DNA from: the human T2T-CHM13v2.0 reference genome, Homo sapiens
Length of the DNA stretch: 64,000 bases
NCBI RefSeq assembly: GCF_009914755.1
Contig: NC_060937.1
Reading direction: 5' to 3' (one strand)
The notes beneath the pieces are model-generated. The model was not told the DNA's origin and did not search any database. It worked only from the letters and a program-made list of their open reading frames with translations. Shown here piece by piece: positions 31,612 through 47,907 of the stretch. Position 1 is the first letter of the stretch. Each line of letters begins with the position of its first letter. Both the position numbers and the translations under genes were made by a program.

Positions 31612-33301
31612 TTAAAAATAACTTCAATATTCACTTTTTCCAGTTTACTGACAGACTCTGAAGGTATAGTTTTTCCATATATATGGAGGTCAGACATCTT
31701 TTCTCACTTGACACATAGAATTCTTTAAAGTCCCCACATTGTTCATCATTATTAAACACAGTCACAGGCCAGAGGGTGTGCCAGGCATGAACCACTGTGT
31801 CTTCAGTCACTGTGTTCCAAGCATGGGCAACAGCACATCCAGCATCCTTCATGCTAAACTCCTTTCGAAAACTTTCCACACCCATACCTCTGTGTCTGCA
31901 GTTAGAATGCTGCTTAAGGAAATGTTTTTATATTTACTCCTCATTGATCTGAGGATTTCATGGTCATATGGCTAAATTAATGAAGTCACATTTGGTGGGA
32001 AATACATGGCATAAACATTATTTTTGATGAAAATTTCTGCTAGAGAATCAGTAGAACAGTTGACAAGAAATAACAAAATCTTGTAGTCTTCACCCAGCCC
32101 AGCTTCCCTGCAGTGAGCATGAGCTGCTGGTACAAAACGTTTGTGAAACCAATGAGAAAAGATATTCCTGGTGATTCATGCCTTTTTGTTAGCATAATAA
32201 TGAACTGGCAAAAAAGTCACTTCTTGAAAACAGCAAGGTTGCAAGCTTTTGCCTACCATAGCAGGCTTACATTTGTGTGTGCCTGCTGCATTAATACATC
32301 CCAGCACAGTTATTCTGTCCTTGGTATCCTTAATTCCTGCAGTGGCTGTTTCATGAGGTAGTCAGTGTCTTTCTGGGGCAATAGTGCGAAAGCAGTGATA
32401 TTCTCATTAACAGTGACCTTGGCAAACTCTTCAATGAACTTCTCCACTGCTTTGTGATACTTTAGCACAACTAGTATTTAAAAATGCAATGCCAAGTTTA
32501 TTCATAAATGTACGAAACAAGCCTGTTTAATATTCAGTTCTCTTCAAATTTCAGTTCGTGATAGATCTTTGCTTGTTTCATGATCAGCGTACCACCAAGT
32601 GACATGTGTTCACTGCAACCCTAACAGATCCACTCTTTCAATACATGATTGAAATCTTCATTTTTAACTTTATGCAGCATTTTTTTCTTTAAAAAATTCA
32701 TTAATTTCTGTTCATCATTTTTAGCATTGAACTTCAACAGCTTATCCTTCTGTTTCTGTGGGTGATATACAGTGGTCATTCTGACACCATATTCTTTTGT
32801 AAGATGTTTCACACTAACACTGCTGTCCAGCTTCTCCAAGAGCTTGACTTTCTGTGCTATGGAGTAACATAAATGCTTCTTCTTTTTCTTATCACTGTTA
32901 CCCATGGGGTATCTGCAGCCCTTTTTAACATTTTCAACAATATTTTTGCACCACAGAGAATAAATAGAAATACACAGGGAGTAAAGCATGTGGGTCTTGG
33001 CCCCATGTGGGAAATTGTGGGAAACCTGTCATTCACAACCAGTTGGCACATATGGCATTTTATTACCCTTTGTGGAAGTGCTTATCTAAGAAAATCTAAG
33101 TGAATGTGAAAAAGTTACATTGCAGCTCAAGGGTGCTAGGAGGGTCTCATTTTCCTTGGGGATACTGAATAAACAGTGTGCAACTGCATTTTGACTGTGA
33201 CCTATCACATGAAGTCAAATGTGTAACTTTCCTCCTATGGCAATCATGTCAGTGCTCAAAAGTTTCAGATTTTTGATTTTTGGATTGCGGTGCTTAACCT
33301 A
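31612..33301 (-). mobile_element. Tigger4 (Zombi) DNA transposon with decayed pogo/CENP-B/Jerky-like transposase; 3' part missing
   Basis: ORF pieces PMGNSDKKKKKHLCYSIAQKVKLLEKLD (HTH-psq) and KEFSMKDAGCAVAHAWNTV...HAWHTLWP (DDE C-terminal part); TIR-like ggattgcggtgcttaacct followed by TA at ~33300. Confidence 0.88.
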
Positions 33302-33550
33302 TACTTTGTAACTATATAGCTTCATTTCCTTCCCCCTCCTTTGTGCTGTTATTTTCATACAAATTACAGCTATGTACATTGTTATGTCCATCAGCATGCA
33401 TTTATAGTTATTTATGTAAGCAAATGCCTTTTTAAAATCAGACTTTTATAAAAGAGTTACAAACACAAAGTGTATTTATACTGTCTATTTTATTTACTGA
33501 TGTAGGTACCTTTTCTGGCAATCTATTTTTCTTGTAGATTTTACTTACTC

Positions 33551-33851
33551 TTTTTTTTTTTTTTTTTTTTTGAGACGGAGTCTCGCTGTCGCCCAGGCTG
33601 GAGTGCAGTGGCGCAATCTCGGCTCACTGCAGGCTCCGCCCCCTGGGGTTCACGCCATTCTCCTGCCTCAGCCTCCCGAGTAGCTGGGACTACAGGCGCC
33701 CGCCACCTCGCCCGGCTAATTTTTTGTATTTTTAGTAGAGACGGGGTTTCACCGTGTTAGCCAGGATGGTCTCGAACTCCTGACCTCGTGATCCACCCGC
33801 CTCGGCCTCCCAAAGTGCTGGGATTACAGGCGTGAGCCACCGCGCCCGGCC
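33551..33851 (-). mobile_element. Young AluY (Yk11/Yk12-like)
   Basis: Most CpGs intact, pure T21 tail, 15 bp TSD agatttta(c/t)ttactc; diagnostic gaaccccagggggcggagcctgcag and gacagcgag on the Alu strand. Confidence 0.95.
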
Positions 33852-34591
33852 AGATTTTATTTACTCTTTAGCGTCCTTTTATTTCAACCTTAAGGAATCC
33901 TTTAGTATTTCTTATGGAGTATACCTGGTAGAAATGAATTCTTAGAGTTTTTTTTTTAAATCTGGAAATATCTTAATCTTTCTTTCTTTTAAAAGTATAA
34001 TTATTCTCAGCATAGAATTATTGTTTGCAGTATTTTAAACATTTTGAATATGTTATTCCACTGTCTCCTGACTTGCATGGTTTCTGATAAATAATCAGCT
34101 ATTAGTCTTATTGAGGCTCCTTTAATGTGAGGAATTGTTTCTCTCTGCTGCTTTCAAGATCCTGTGTTGGTTTTGTTTTTTTTTTGACAGTTTATTATGC
34201 AGATAGCTGTGGTTATTTATGTGTTTATCCTACTTGGAACCATTGAGCTTTCAGTACATGTAAGTTAACGTTTTTATCAAATGTGTAAAGTTCCTGGCCA
34301 TTATTTCTTCTAATCTTTCCTTTCCTTCTGGGACTCCCATTTTGTTTATGGGTTACATTATATGGTGTTCCACAGATCTCTGAAGATCTGCTTGTTTTCT
34401 TTCATTTTCATTTCTCTTCTTCAAACTGGAAAATCTTTGTTTACTTATCTTCAACTTCACTATTTTTGCTTCTGCCTGTCAAATCTGCTGTTGAGCCCCT
34501 CAAGTGAATGAGTGAGTTTTTCACTTTCATTATTGTACTTTCAACTCCAGAATTTCTATTTAGTTATTTTAAAAAATAATAATTTATATCT

Positions 34592-34900
34592 AGACCCAGC
34601 ATGGTGGCTTGCACTTGTAATCCTAGCACTTTGGGAGGTTGAGGTAGGTGAATCACTTGAGTCCAGGAGTTCAAGACCAGCCCAGGTAACTTGGTAAAAC
34701 CACATCTCTGCTAAAAATACAAAAAAATTAAAAATTAGCTGGGCATGGTGGTGCACACTGTAGTTCCAACAACACAGGAGGTTGAGGTGAAAGGGTCACT
34801 TGAGCCCAGGAGTCTGAGGCTGCAATGAGCTGTGATCATACCAGTGCACTCCAGCCTGGACAACAGAGTGATAGCCTGTCTCTAATAATAATTATTATTA
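34592..34900 (+). mobile_element. AluJ
   Basis: J diagnostics (cacttgagcccaggag, gaggctgcaatgagctgtgatc); TAA-type tail. Confidence 0.9.
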
Positions 34901-35257
34901 TTTCAATCTGTTAATATTCTCTATATAGTGAGACATCTTTGCACACTGTTTTGTTCTTTAGAGATTATTTTCTTTTGTTCTTTGAGCATATTTATAATAG
35001 TTTATTTAAAGGCTCTGTCTAGTAAATCAAAATTTGGTCTTCCCCAGGGACAGTTTCTATTGACTACCCTTCTGTCTTGTGTATGCATTATAGATTTTTT
35101 TGTTTCTTTGCAAGTCTTATAATTTTTTGGAAATGGGAAATTTAAAAATATATAATATTACAACTCTATAAATCAGATTCTCATTCTCTTCAGGGTTTTT
35201 TATTGTTGCAATTTGTTCTTTGAAGTAGCAGAACTAATTCTATAAAGTCAATATCAC

Positions 35258-35399
35258 CTGGAAATATCTTAATCTTTCTTTCTTTTAAAAGTATAATTAT
35301 TCTCAGCACAGACTTGTTGTTTGCAGTATTTCACTGTAAACATTTTGAATATGTTATTTCACTGTCTCCTGACTTGCATGGTTTCTGATAAATAATCAG
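35258..35399 (+). repeat. ~140 bp direct duplicate of 33962-34098
   Basis: About 4 substitutions plus a 5 bp insertion by eye. Confidence 0.92.
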
Positions 35400-36289
35400 A
35401 ATTTGTGGGGTCCTTAATGTCTTGGTCTGACTAGTTTTGGGGTCATGTAATGATTTAACAGAGATTTTCTTAAACACTGGCAACCAACAAATATTCTAGC
35501 CTTTGCTAAGGTGCTCAATATGTATATAGGATCAGACTTCAACACTCAGTCCAGCAGTTTACAACTCTGCCTTAGTCTTCACTTCTTGCTTATGCAGAGT
35601 CTTAAGGGCAGGTATAGGTGAGGGCATATGGCATACTCAGGTCTTTCCTGAGCATGTGGCATGTGTACCATTCAGGTATGATACATTACTTCAATTCCCT
35701 ACAGATATCTCATTCTTTAGTTTCTTCTGTTAAGTACTTTGGTTTGTGTGTTGTTCGCCCCCACTGTTATCACCATGTTAGGCAGCCATGATTTTAAACA
35801 ATTACCACTGATTTTTACTAACAAATGCCTCTAGGGCCTCATATTTACACTCAGTGATCTCAGAGTCAGCCAAAGAAGACAAGACTGATTCCTGCAATTT
35901 TCTACAGAACTGCCAGACAAGTCAAATAGTTGGCTGGGAACAGGGCTTTTTTAGGCGCTCCAAACTTCAACTGTTATGTTACCCTCCAGTGACTGCTAGG
36001 CTGCTTATTTTAAATGTGATTGTGGGCTGTTGGACTTTAAACCTACTACTGAGATGGGTTAAAGCTAATGCAATTAAGCCAAGTTAAAAAACCTCAAAGC
36101 TCTCTGCTCGTACCAATATGTAGCTGTGTGTTTTTTTTTTTAATAAATTGTTTCCAGATTGTTGCAGGCATTTGGTTAATTTCCAGAGGTCTAAAAAAAA
36201 AATTGTAATTTTTCCAGTGTTTTTGTTTTTATGAAGGAGAAGACTGACTCTAGAATGTCTTTACTCCATCATTTCTGCTGTCATCATCT

Positions 36290-37390
36290 AGTCTACTATT
36301 GAGTTTTAAAAGTTCTTAGTATATTCATCATATATGTGTTTTGAAATTATTTTCTGCCAATCTGCGGCTTTGCTTTTGATTCTCTTAACAATGTCTTTTA
36401 CAAATAAGAGGTTTTTAAATTTTAATAAAGTCTACCTATCAATTTTTCTTTCATGGATTGTGATTTTATGTGTTGTATCTAAAAACTCAACTCCAAATTC
36501 AAGGTCACCTAGATTTTTCTCCTATATTATTATCTTCTGGTAATTTTATACTTTTGCATTTTCCAGGTAGGTCAATAATTCATTCTAAGTTAACTTTTGT
36601 AAAAGATGTAAGGTTCATCTTTTTGTGTATAAATGTCTAACAGTTCCAGCACCACATATTGAAAATAGTTCTTTCTCCATTAAATTTCTTTTGCTTCTTT
36701 GTCAAAGATCAATTGACTATATTTGTGGAGATCTATTTCCGAGATTACTATCCTTTCTATTAATCTATTTGACTATTGCTTAGCCAGTGCTATGTTCACT
36801 TCATGACTTCTATGAGCAGTATGTCTTGAAATCACTTAGGTGCTCCAACTTGTTCCTCTTTAGTATTGTGTTGGCTATTCTGGGATTTTTGCCTTTCCAT
36901 ATCCAGTTCAGAATGAGTTTACTGACATCCCCAAAATAGCTTGCTGAAATTTTTATTGCAATTGTATTGAATCTATACATTGATCTAGGAAGAGGGGCCA
37001 TCCTAAAAATATTGAGTCTTCCAATCCATGAACATGAAATACCTATTTCTCCATTTATTTAAAACTCCTTTATTTTCATCACTTTTAATAGTTCCCACAT
37101 TTTCTACATATTAGATTCATATGTAAGTATTTTATTTTTGATGCTATTGTTAATAGTCTTTACTTTTAATGGAATTTACATTATTTTTACTTCAAATTCA
37201 AGTTGTTCATTACTGGTAGTAGAAAAGCAATTGATTTTGTGTACTGAACTTGCACTCTGAGACATTACCAGTTACTTCTTAGATCCAGTTTTTTGTTTTG
37301 TTTTATAGATTCTTTGGTATTTGCTATAATCATGTAATTTTTGACTATCACTGTTTCTTTTTCTTCATTCTTTCCAACCTGCTTACCTTT
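36290..37390 (-). mobile_element. L1MC/MD-type ORF2 fragment (continuation of 17125-17366)
   Basis: ORF 36810-37001 (MYRFNTIAIKI...PRIANTILKRNK...DFKTY). Confidence 0.75.
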
Positions 37391-37854
37391 CCAACTAATT
37401 TTTTTTATAAAGGTGCAAAGGTAATTCAATGAAGGAAGGAGATCCTTTACAACAAATGGTGCTAGAATAATTGGAAATCCTAGACCAAAAAACCATCAGC
37501 GTAGAACTCTACCTCATACTTTATACACAGGTTAACTCAAAATGGATCATAGAATTAAATGAAAAATATAAAACTGTATGACTTTTAGAAAAAAATAGAG
37601 AAAAACTTTGGGATCCAGGGCTGGGCAAGATTTCCATACTTGACACCAAAAAAGTACAGTACATACAAGGAAAAATTGGCAAATTTACCTTCATCAAAAT
37701 TAAATGTTTCGTTCTGTAATAGTGCCTGTTCCAGATGATGAGAAGATAAGATACAGACTAGGAAAAAGTATTTGTAAACCTTTAATCCAACAATGAAATT
37801 GTGTCTAGAATACATAAATAACATAAAAATCTCAAAAGTAGGTTGGGTTGGAGC

Positions 37855-37864
37855 CAAGATGGCC
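37855..37864 (+). promoter_or_regulatory. YY1 site of the L1 internal promoter
   Basis: caagatggcc at the canonical position near the L1 5' end. Confidence 0.8.
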
Positions 37865-38353
37865 AAATAGGAATAGCTCCGGTTTACAGCTCCCAGCATG
37901 AGTGACGCAGAAGACGGGTGATATCTGCATTTCCATCTGAGCTTTGAAGAGAGCAGTGGTTCTCCCAGCACGCAGCTGGAGATCTGAGAACGGGCAGATT
38001 GCCTCCTCAAGTGGGTCCCTGACACCTGACCCCCGAGCAGCCTAACTGGGAGGCACCCCCCATTAGGGGCAGACTGACACCTCACACGGCCAGGTACTCC
38101 TCTGAGACAAAACTTCCAGAGGAATGATCAGACAGCAGCATTCGCGGTTCATGAAAATCCGCTGTTCTGCAGCCACCGCTGCTGGTACCCAGGCAAACAG
38201 GGTCTGGAGTGGACCTCTAGCAAATTCCAACAGACCTGCAGCTGAGGGTCCTGTCTGTTAGAAGGAAAACTAACAAACAGAAAGGACATCCACACCAAAA
38301 ACCCATCTGTACATCACCATCATCATAAACCAAAAGTAGATAAAACCACAAAG

Positions 38354-39369
38354 ATGGGAAAAAACAGAGCAGGAAAACTGGAAACTCTAAAAAGCAGAGC
38401 GCCTCTCCTCCTCCAAAGGAACGCAGCTCCTCACCAGCAACGGAACAAAGCTGGACGGAGAATAACTTTGACGAGTTGAGAGAAGAAGTTCTCAGACGAT
38501 CAAACTACTCCAAGCTACAGGAGGAAATTCAAACCAAAGGCAAAGAAGTTGAAAACTTTGAAAAAAATTTAGACGAATGTATAACTAGAATAACCAATAC
38601 AGAGAAGTGCTTAAAGGAGCTGATGGAGCTGAAAACCAAGGCTCGAGAACTACGTGAAGAATGCAGAAGCCTCAGGAGCCAATGCGATCAACTGGAAGAA
38701 AGGGTATCAGTGACGGAAGATCAAATGAATGAAATGAAGCAAGAAGGGGAGTTTAGAGAAAAAAGAATAAAAAGAAACGAACAAAGCCTCCAAGAAATAG
38801 GGGACTATGTGAAAAGACCAAATCTACGTCTGACTGGTGTACCTGAAAGTGACGGGGAGAATGGAACCAAGTTGGAAAACACTCTGCAGGATATTATCCA
38901 GGAGAACTTCCCCAATCTAGCAAGGCAGGCCAACATTCAGATTCAGGAAATACAGAGAATGCCACAAAGATACTCCTCGAGAAGAGCAACTCCAAGACAC
39001 ATAATTGTCAGATTCACCAAAGTTGAAATGAAGGAAAAAATGTTAAGGGCAGCCAGAGAGAAAGGTCGGGTTACCCTCAAAGGGAAGCCTACCAGACTAA
39101 CAGCGGATCTCTCGGCAGAAACACTACAAGCCAGAAGAGAGTGGGGGCCAATATTCAACATTCTTAAAGAAAAGAATTTTCAACCCAGAATTTCCTATCC
39201 AGCCAAACTAAGCTTCATAAGTGAAGGAGAAATAAAATACTTTACAGACAAGCAAATGCTGAGAGATTTTGTCACCACCAGGCCTGCCCTAAAAGAGCTC
39301 CTGAAGGAAGCGCTAAACATGGAAAGGCACAACCGGTACCAGCCGCTGCAAAATCATGCCAAAATGTAA
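38354..39369 (+). pseudogene. L1 ORF1p, frameshifted by a 1 bp deletion at codon 2
   Basis: atgggaaaaaac versus consensus atggggaaaaaac; span is 1016 bp rather than 1017; the rest is open (ORF 38476-39369 with ARREWG and YPAKLS). Confidence 0.93.
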
Positions 39370-39417
39370 AGACCATCGAGGCTAGGAAGAAACTGCATCA
39401 ACTAACGAGCAAAATAA

Positions 39418-43352
<3,935 letters not shown>

Positions 43353-43626
43353 TAATGCTAAAAGATGATTTAATAGGTGCAGCGCAGCAGCATGGGACAT
43401 GTATACATATGTAACTAACCTGCACATTGTGCACATGTACCCTAAAACTTAAAGTATAATAAAAAAAAAAACTCAACAATAGAAAAACAAAGTATCCAAT
43501 GAAAAGGGACCAAAAGTCACAATGAGACCTTTCACTAAAAAGAATATACAGTTGGCTAATTAGCATATGAAAAGATGCTTACCTCATTAGCCTTTAGGTA
43601 AAGGCAAATTAAAACCACAATAAGAA

Positions 43627-43938
43627 ACAGAGGGTTTTAGGACAGGGAAGCTACTTGTGTGATACTACAATGGTAGATACATGTCATTATAAGTTTGTCC
43701 AAACTCATAAAAATGCAAGAACACAAGTGAACCCTAATGTAAACTATGAACTTTTGATGATAATGTGTCAATGTAGGTTTATTAATTGTGACAAATGTAT
43801 GGCTTAGTAGGGGATGTTGATTATGAGAGGAGGCTATACACATGTTGGGGAAGAGGTATATGGAAAATATCTGTACTTCCCTTGCAATTATTCTGTGAAC
43901 CTAAAACTGCTCTAAAAAGTAAGGTCTATTTTCTTTTT
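43627..43938 (+). mobile_element. L1MC1/2-type 3'UTR fragment
   Basis: gtgaaccctaatgtaaactatg...ctgtgaacctaaaactgctctaaaaa. Confidence 0.8.
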
Positions 43939-44717
43939 AAAAAGACACTCACAGGATCAAGATGCCTGAATAGAAATCTCTGTGGAACCTCCCTGCTCCA
44001 CCACAAGGACATCAATTTAATAACTGTCTACACAAAAAGCAGCACCCCCATAAGAACCAAAAGTCAGGTCAGCACTCACAATACCTGGTTTTAATTTCAT
44101 ATAGCTAAAAGAGACACTGAAGAAGATAGGAAGGACAGTCTTGAATTGTCAATGCCACCACTCTTCCATTTCCTGGCAGCAGCCACATGGCACAGAGAGA
44201 ATCTGTGCACTTGGAACAGAGAGAGCACAGCAATTATGAGACATTGCATTGAACTCAGTGCTGCCCTGTCACTGCAGAAAGCAAAACTGGGCTGAAATCA
44301 GCTAATTCCTGCCCATGGAGGAAGTATTTAAATCAGCCCTAGCCAAAGGGGTATCATCCATACATCTGTTAGGACTTGAGTTTGGGCTAGCCTCACTATT
44401 ATGGGATAAAGTGCTCTGGGGCCCTAAATAAACTTGAAAGGCAGTCTAGGCCATAAGGACTGCAACTCCTAGGTGAATCCTAGTGCTGAAGTTGGCTCAG
44501 AGCCAGTGGACCTGGAGAGCATACCACCCACAGAGACACCAGCTGGAGTGGCTAAGGGAGTACATACATAACCTCTCCCCCAGCCCCAGGCTGCACAGCT
44601 CATGGCTCTCAAAGAGACCCCTTCTACTTGAGGAGAGAAGAGAGAAAAGAGGACTTTGTCTTGCATCTTGGATACCAACACAATCTTAGTACGACAGGGC
44701 AACAGTCATGGTTATGA

Positions 44718-45068
<351 letters not shown>

Positions 45069-47880
45069 TAAACACACCCCAAGCCATAAGGGAAACTGCA
45101 GTCTTGAAGGGAAGGACCCAATCCTGGCAGGATCCATCACCTGCTTACTAAACAGCCCTTAGGGCCTGTATAAGCAGCTGTGATATACAGGTAATATGCC
45201 ATGGGCTTTGGATGACACTCTGAGACTTGCTGGCTTCAGGTGAGACTTAGCACATTCTGGGCTGTGGTAGCTATGGGGAGAGACTCCTTCTACTTGAGAA
45301 AAGAAGAGGGAAAAGTAAAGAGGATTTTAACTTGCACCTTAGGTACTAACTTGACCAGAGGGGATAGAGCACCAAGGAGGCTCTTGGGATCCATGATCCT
45401 AGACACTGTCTCTTGGATGGCATTTCTGGACCTGCCCTCGGCCAGAGGGGAACCCGCTTCCCTAAAGATTGAGACCTATGGTAGGGAGCATTCACCACAA
45501 GCTGACTTAAGAGCACTTGCACCTTAAAGGAAAGTTGGTGGTAGCCTGACAGCACTCTCTATGGGCCTGTGCTTGTGGTGGCCATGGGGTGAGATTCCTC
45601 TGTCTGTTGAAAGAGGAGTAAAGAATTGGAAGATTTGAATCCTGTGGTTTGAGTGTCAGCTCAGCCACAGTACAATAGGAAACCAGGTCGACTATTAAGG
45701 TTTTCACTTCAGCCCTGGCTCCTGGATATCACCCCTGGACCCACCCAGGGCCTAGAGGATCTTGCCATCCTGAAATGAAGGACACAAGCCTGGCTGGCTT
45801 CACCACCTGATGATTGTAGAGCCCCAGGGCCTTGAGAAAACATAGGTGGCAGCCAAGTAGTGATTACAGCAAGACATGGGTGAGACCCAGTATTGTGCTA
45901 GCATCGGGTCTGGGCTAGCACAGTCCCAGTTGTTGTGGCCATGGGGGTACTTGTGTTACCCCAAGCCCAGCTCCAGGCAGCTTAGCACAGAGAGAGAGAC
46001 TCTGTTTGGAAGAAAGTAAGGAAAGAGAACAAGAGTCTCTGCCTTGCAATCCATAGAATTCTTCCAGATCTTATCCAAGACCATAAAGGGTATCTCTATG
46101 AGTCCACAAGAACTACGGTGTTACTAGGCTTAGGGTGTTCCCTAATCCAGATATGGCTTAGATCACAATACAGAAGTTTTGTTGAATACCTATAAAGCAT
46201 TCCCAAGAAGGACAGGAACAAACAAGCTCAGATTGTAAAGTCTATAATAAATACTTAACTCATCAATGCCCAGGCACAGATAGACATCCATAAGCATCAA
46301 GACCATTCAGGAAAATATGACCTCACCAAATGAAGTGAATAAGACACCAAGGACATCTGGAGAAACAGAGATATGTGACCTTTCAGACAGAAAATTCAAA
46401 TTAGCTATTTTGAAAAAACTCAAAGAAATTCAAGAAAACACAAAGACAGAATTTGGAAATCTGTCAGATAAATTTAACAAAGAGATTTAAATCATTCAAA
46501 AGAATTAAGCAGAAAGTCTGGATTTCAGAAATGCAACTGACATACTGAACAATGCATCAGTCTTTTTATAGCACAATTGATGAAGCAGAATAAAGAATTA
46601 GTGAACCTGAAGACAGGCTGTTTGAAAATACAGTCAGAAGCGCCAAAAGAAAAAAGTATAAAAAACAATGAAGCACACATTAGAGGATTTAGAAAATAGC
46701 CTCAGAAGGGCCAATCTAAGAGTTATTTGTCTTAAAGATGAGGTAGAGAAAGAGAAAGGGGTAGAAAGCTTATTAAAATGGATAGCAACAGAGAACTTCC
46801 CAAAATGTAGAGAAAGATATCAATATGCAAGTACAGAAAGGTTATAGAATATCAATATGATTTAACCCAAAGATGACTACCTCAAGGCATTTAATAATCA
46901 AACTCCCAAAGGTCAAGGATATAGAAAGGATCAGAAAAGCATCAAGGGAAAAAAAGCACATAACATAAAATGACACTCCAATACGTCTGGCATCAGACTT
47001 TTCAGTGAAAACCTTTCAGGCCAGGAGAGAGTGGCATGACATATTTAAAGTGCTAAAGAAAAACCTTTTATACTAGAATAGTATATTCGGTAAAAATATC
47101 CTTCCAACATGAAAGAGAAATAAAAACAAGATAAACAAAAGCTAATGGATTTCATCAACACCAGACCTTCTTCCAAGAAATGCTAAAGGGAGTATATCAA
47201 TCAGAAAGAAAAGGATGGTAATTAGCAATAAGAAATCATCTGAAAGTACAAAACTCACTGGTAAAAGCAAGTAAACAGAAAAAGAACATAATAACACTGT
47301 AAATGTGATATGTAAATCACTCTTAAGTAGGAAGACTAAATGATGAACTAATCAAAAATAATAACTATAACTTATCCTGAGATAGACAGCAGAATAAGAC
47401 AAAAAGAGAAATAACAAAGAGTTTAAAAATGGGGGATGAAGTTAAGATACAGAGTTTTTATTGGGTGCTTATTTATGCAGAAAATATTAAGTTGTTATCA
47501 GGTTAAAATAATGGATTATAAGATAGTATTTGCAACCCTCATGGTAACCTGAAATCAGAAAACATAAAACAAATACACAAAAATAAAAAAAGCAAGTACT
47601 TAATACTACCAGAGAAAATCAACTTCACTAAAAGGAAAACAGGGAAGAAGGAAGAGAAGATCACAAACAGTTACATACTTATCAATAATAAAATTGAAGG
47701 TAAATGGACTAAACCCTTCAATCAAAAGCCACAGTGGCTGCATGGATAAAACAAAAACAAAACAAAACAAAAACACAAGACACAATAGCTGTTGCCTACA
47801 AGAAACTCACTCCCCCTATAAAGACACACCCAGACTGAAAAAACAGGGATGGAAAAAGATATTCCATGCCAATGGAAACC

Positions 47881-47907
47881 AAAAAAAAAAAAAAAAAAAA
47901 AAAAAAG
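47881..47907. repeat. Poly(A) run (~27 nt) expanded in L1 EN
   Basis: Direct reading. Confidence 0.9.

Noticed and set aside
36290-37840. Head-to-head old L1 pieces as a twin-priming 5' inversion
   Set aside because: Both pieces include the same ORF2 region (QLIFDK), so they overlap on the consensus and must be separate elements
37585-38085. 166 aa antisense ORF over the L1 5' end as ORF0
   Set aside because: The ORF0 region falls inside the spliced-out segment; this ORF is a chance read across the junction into older L1
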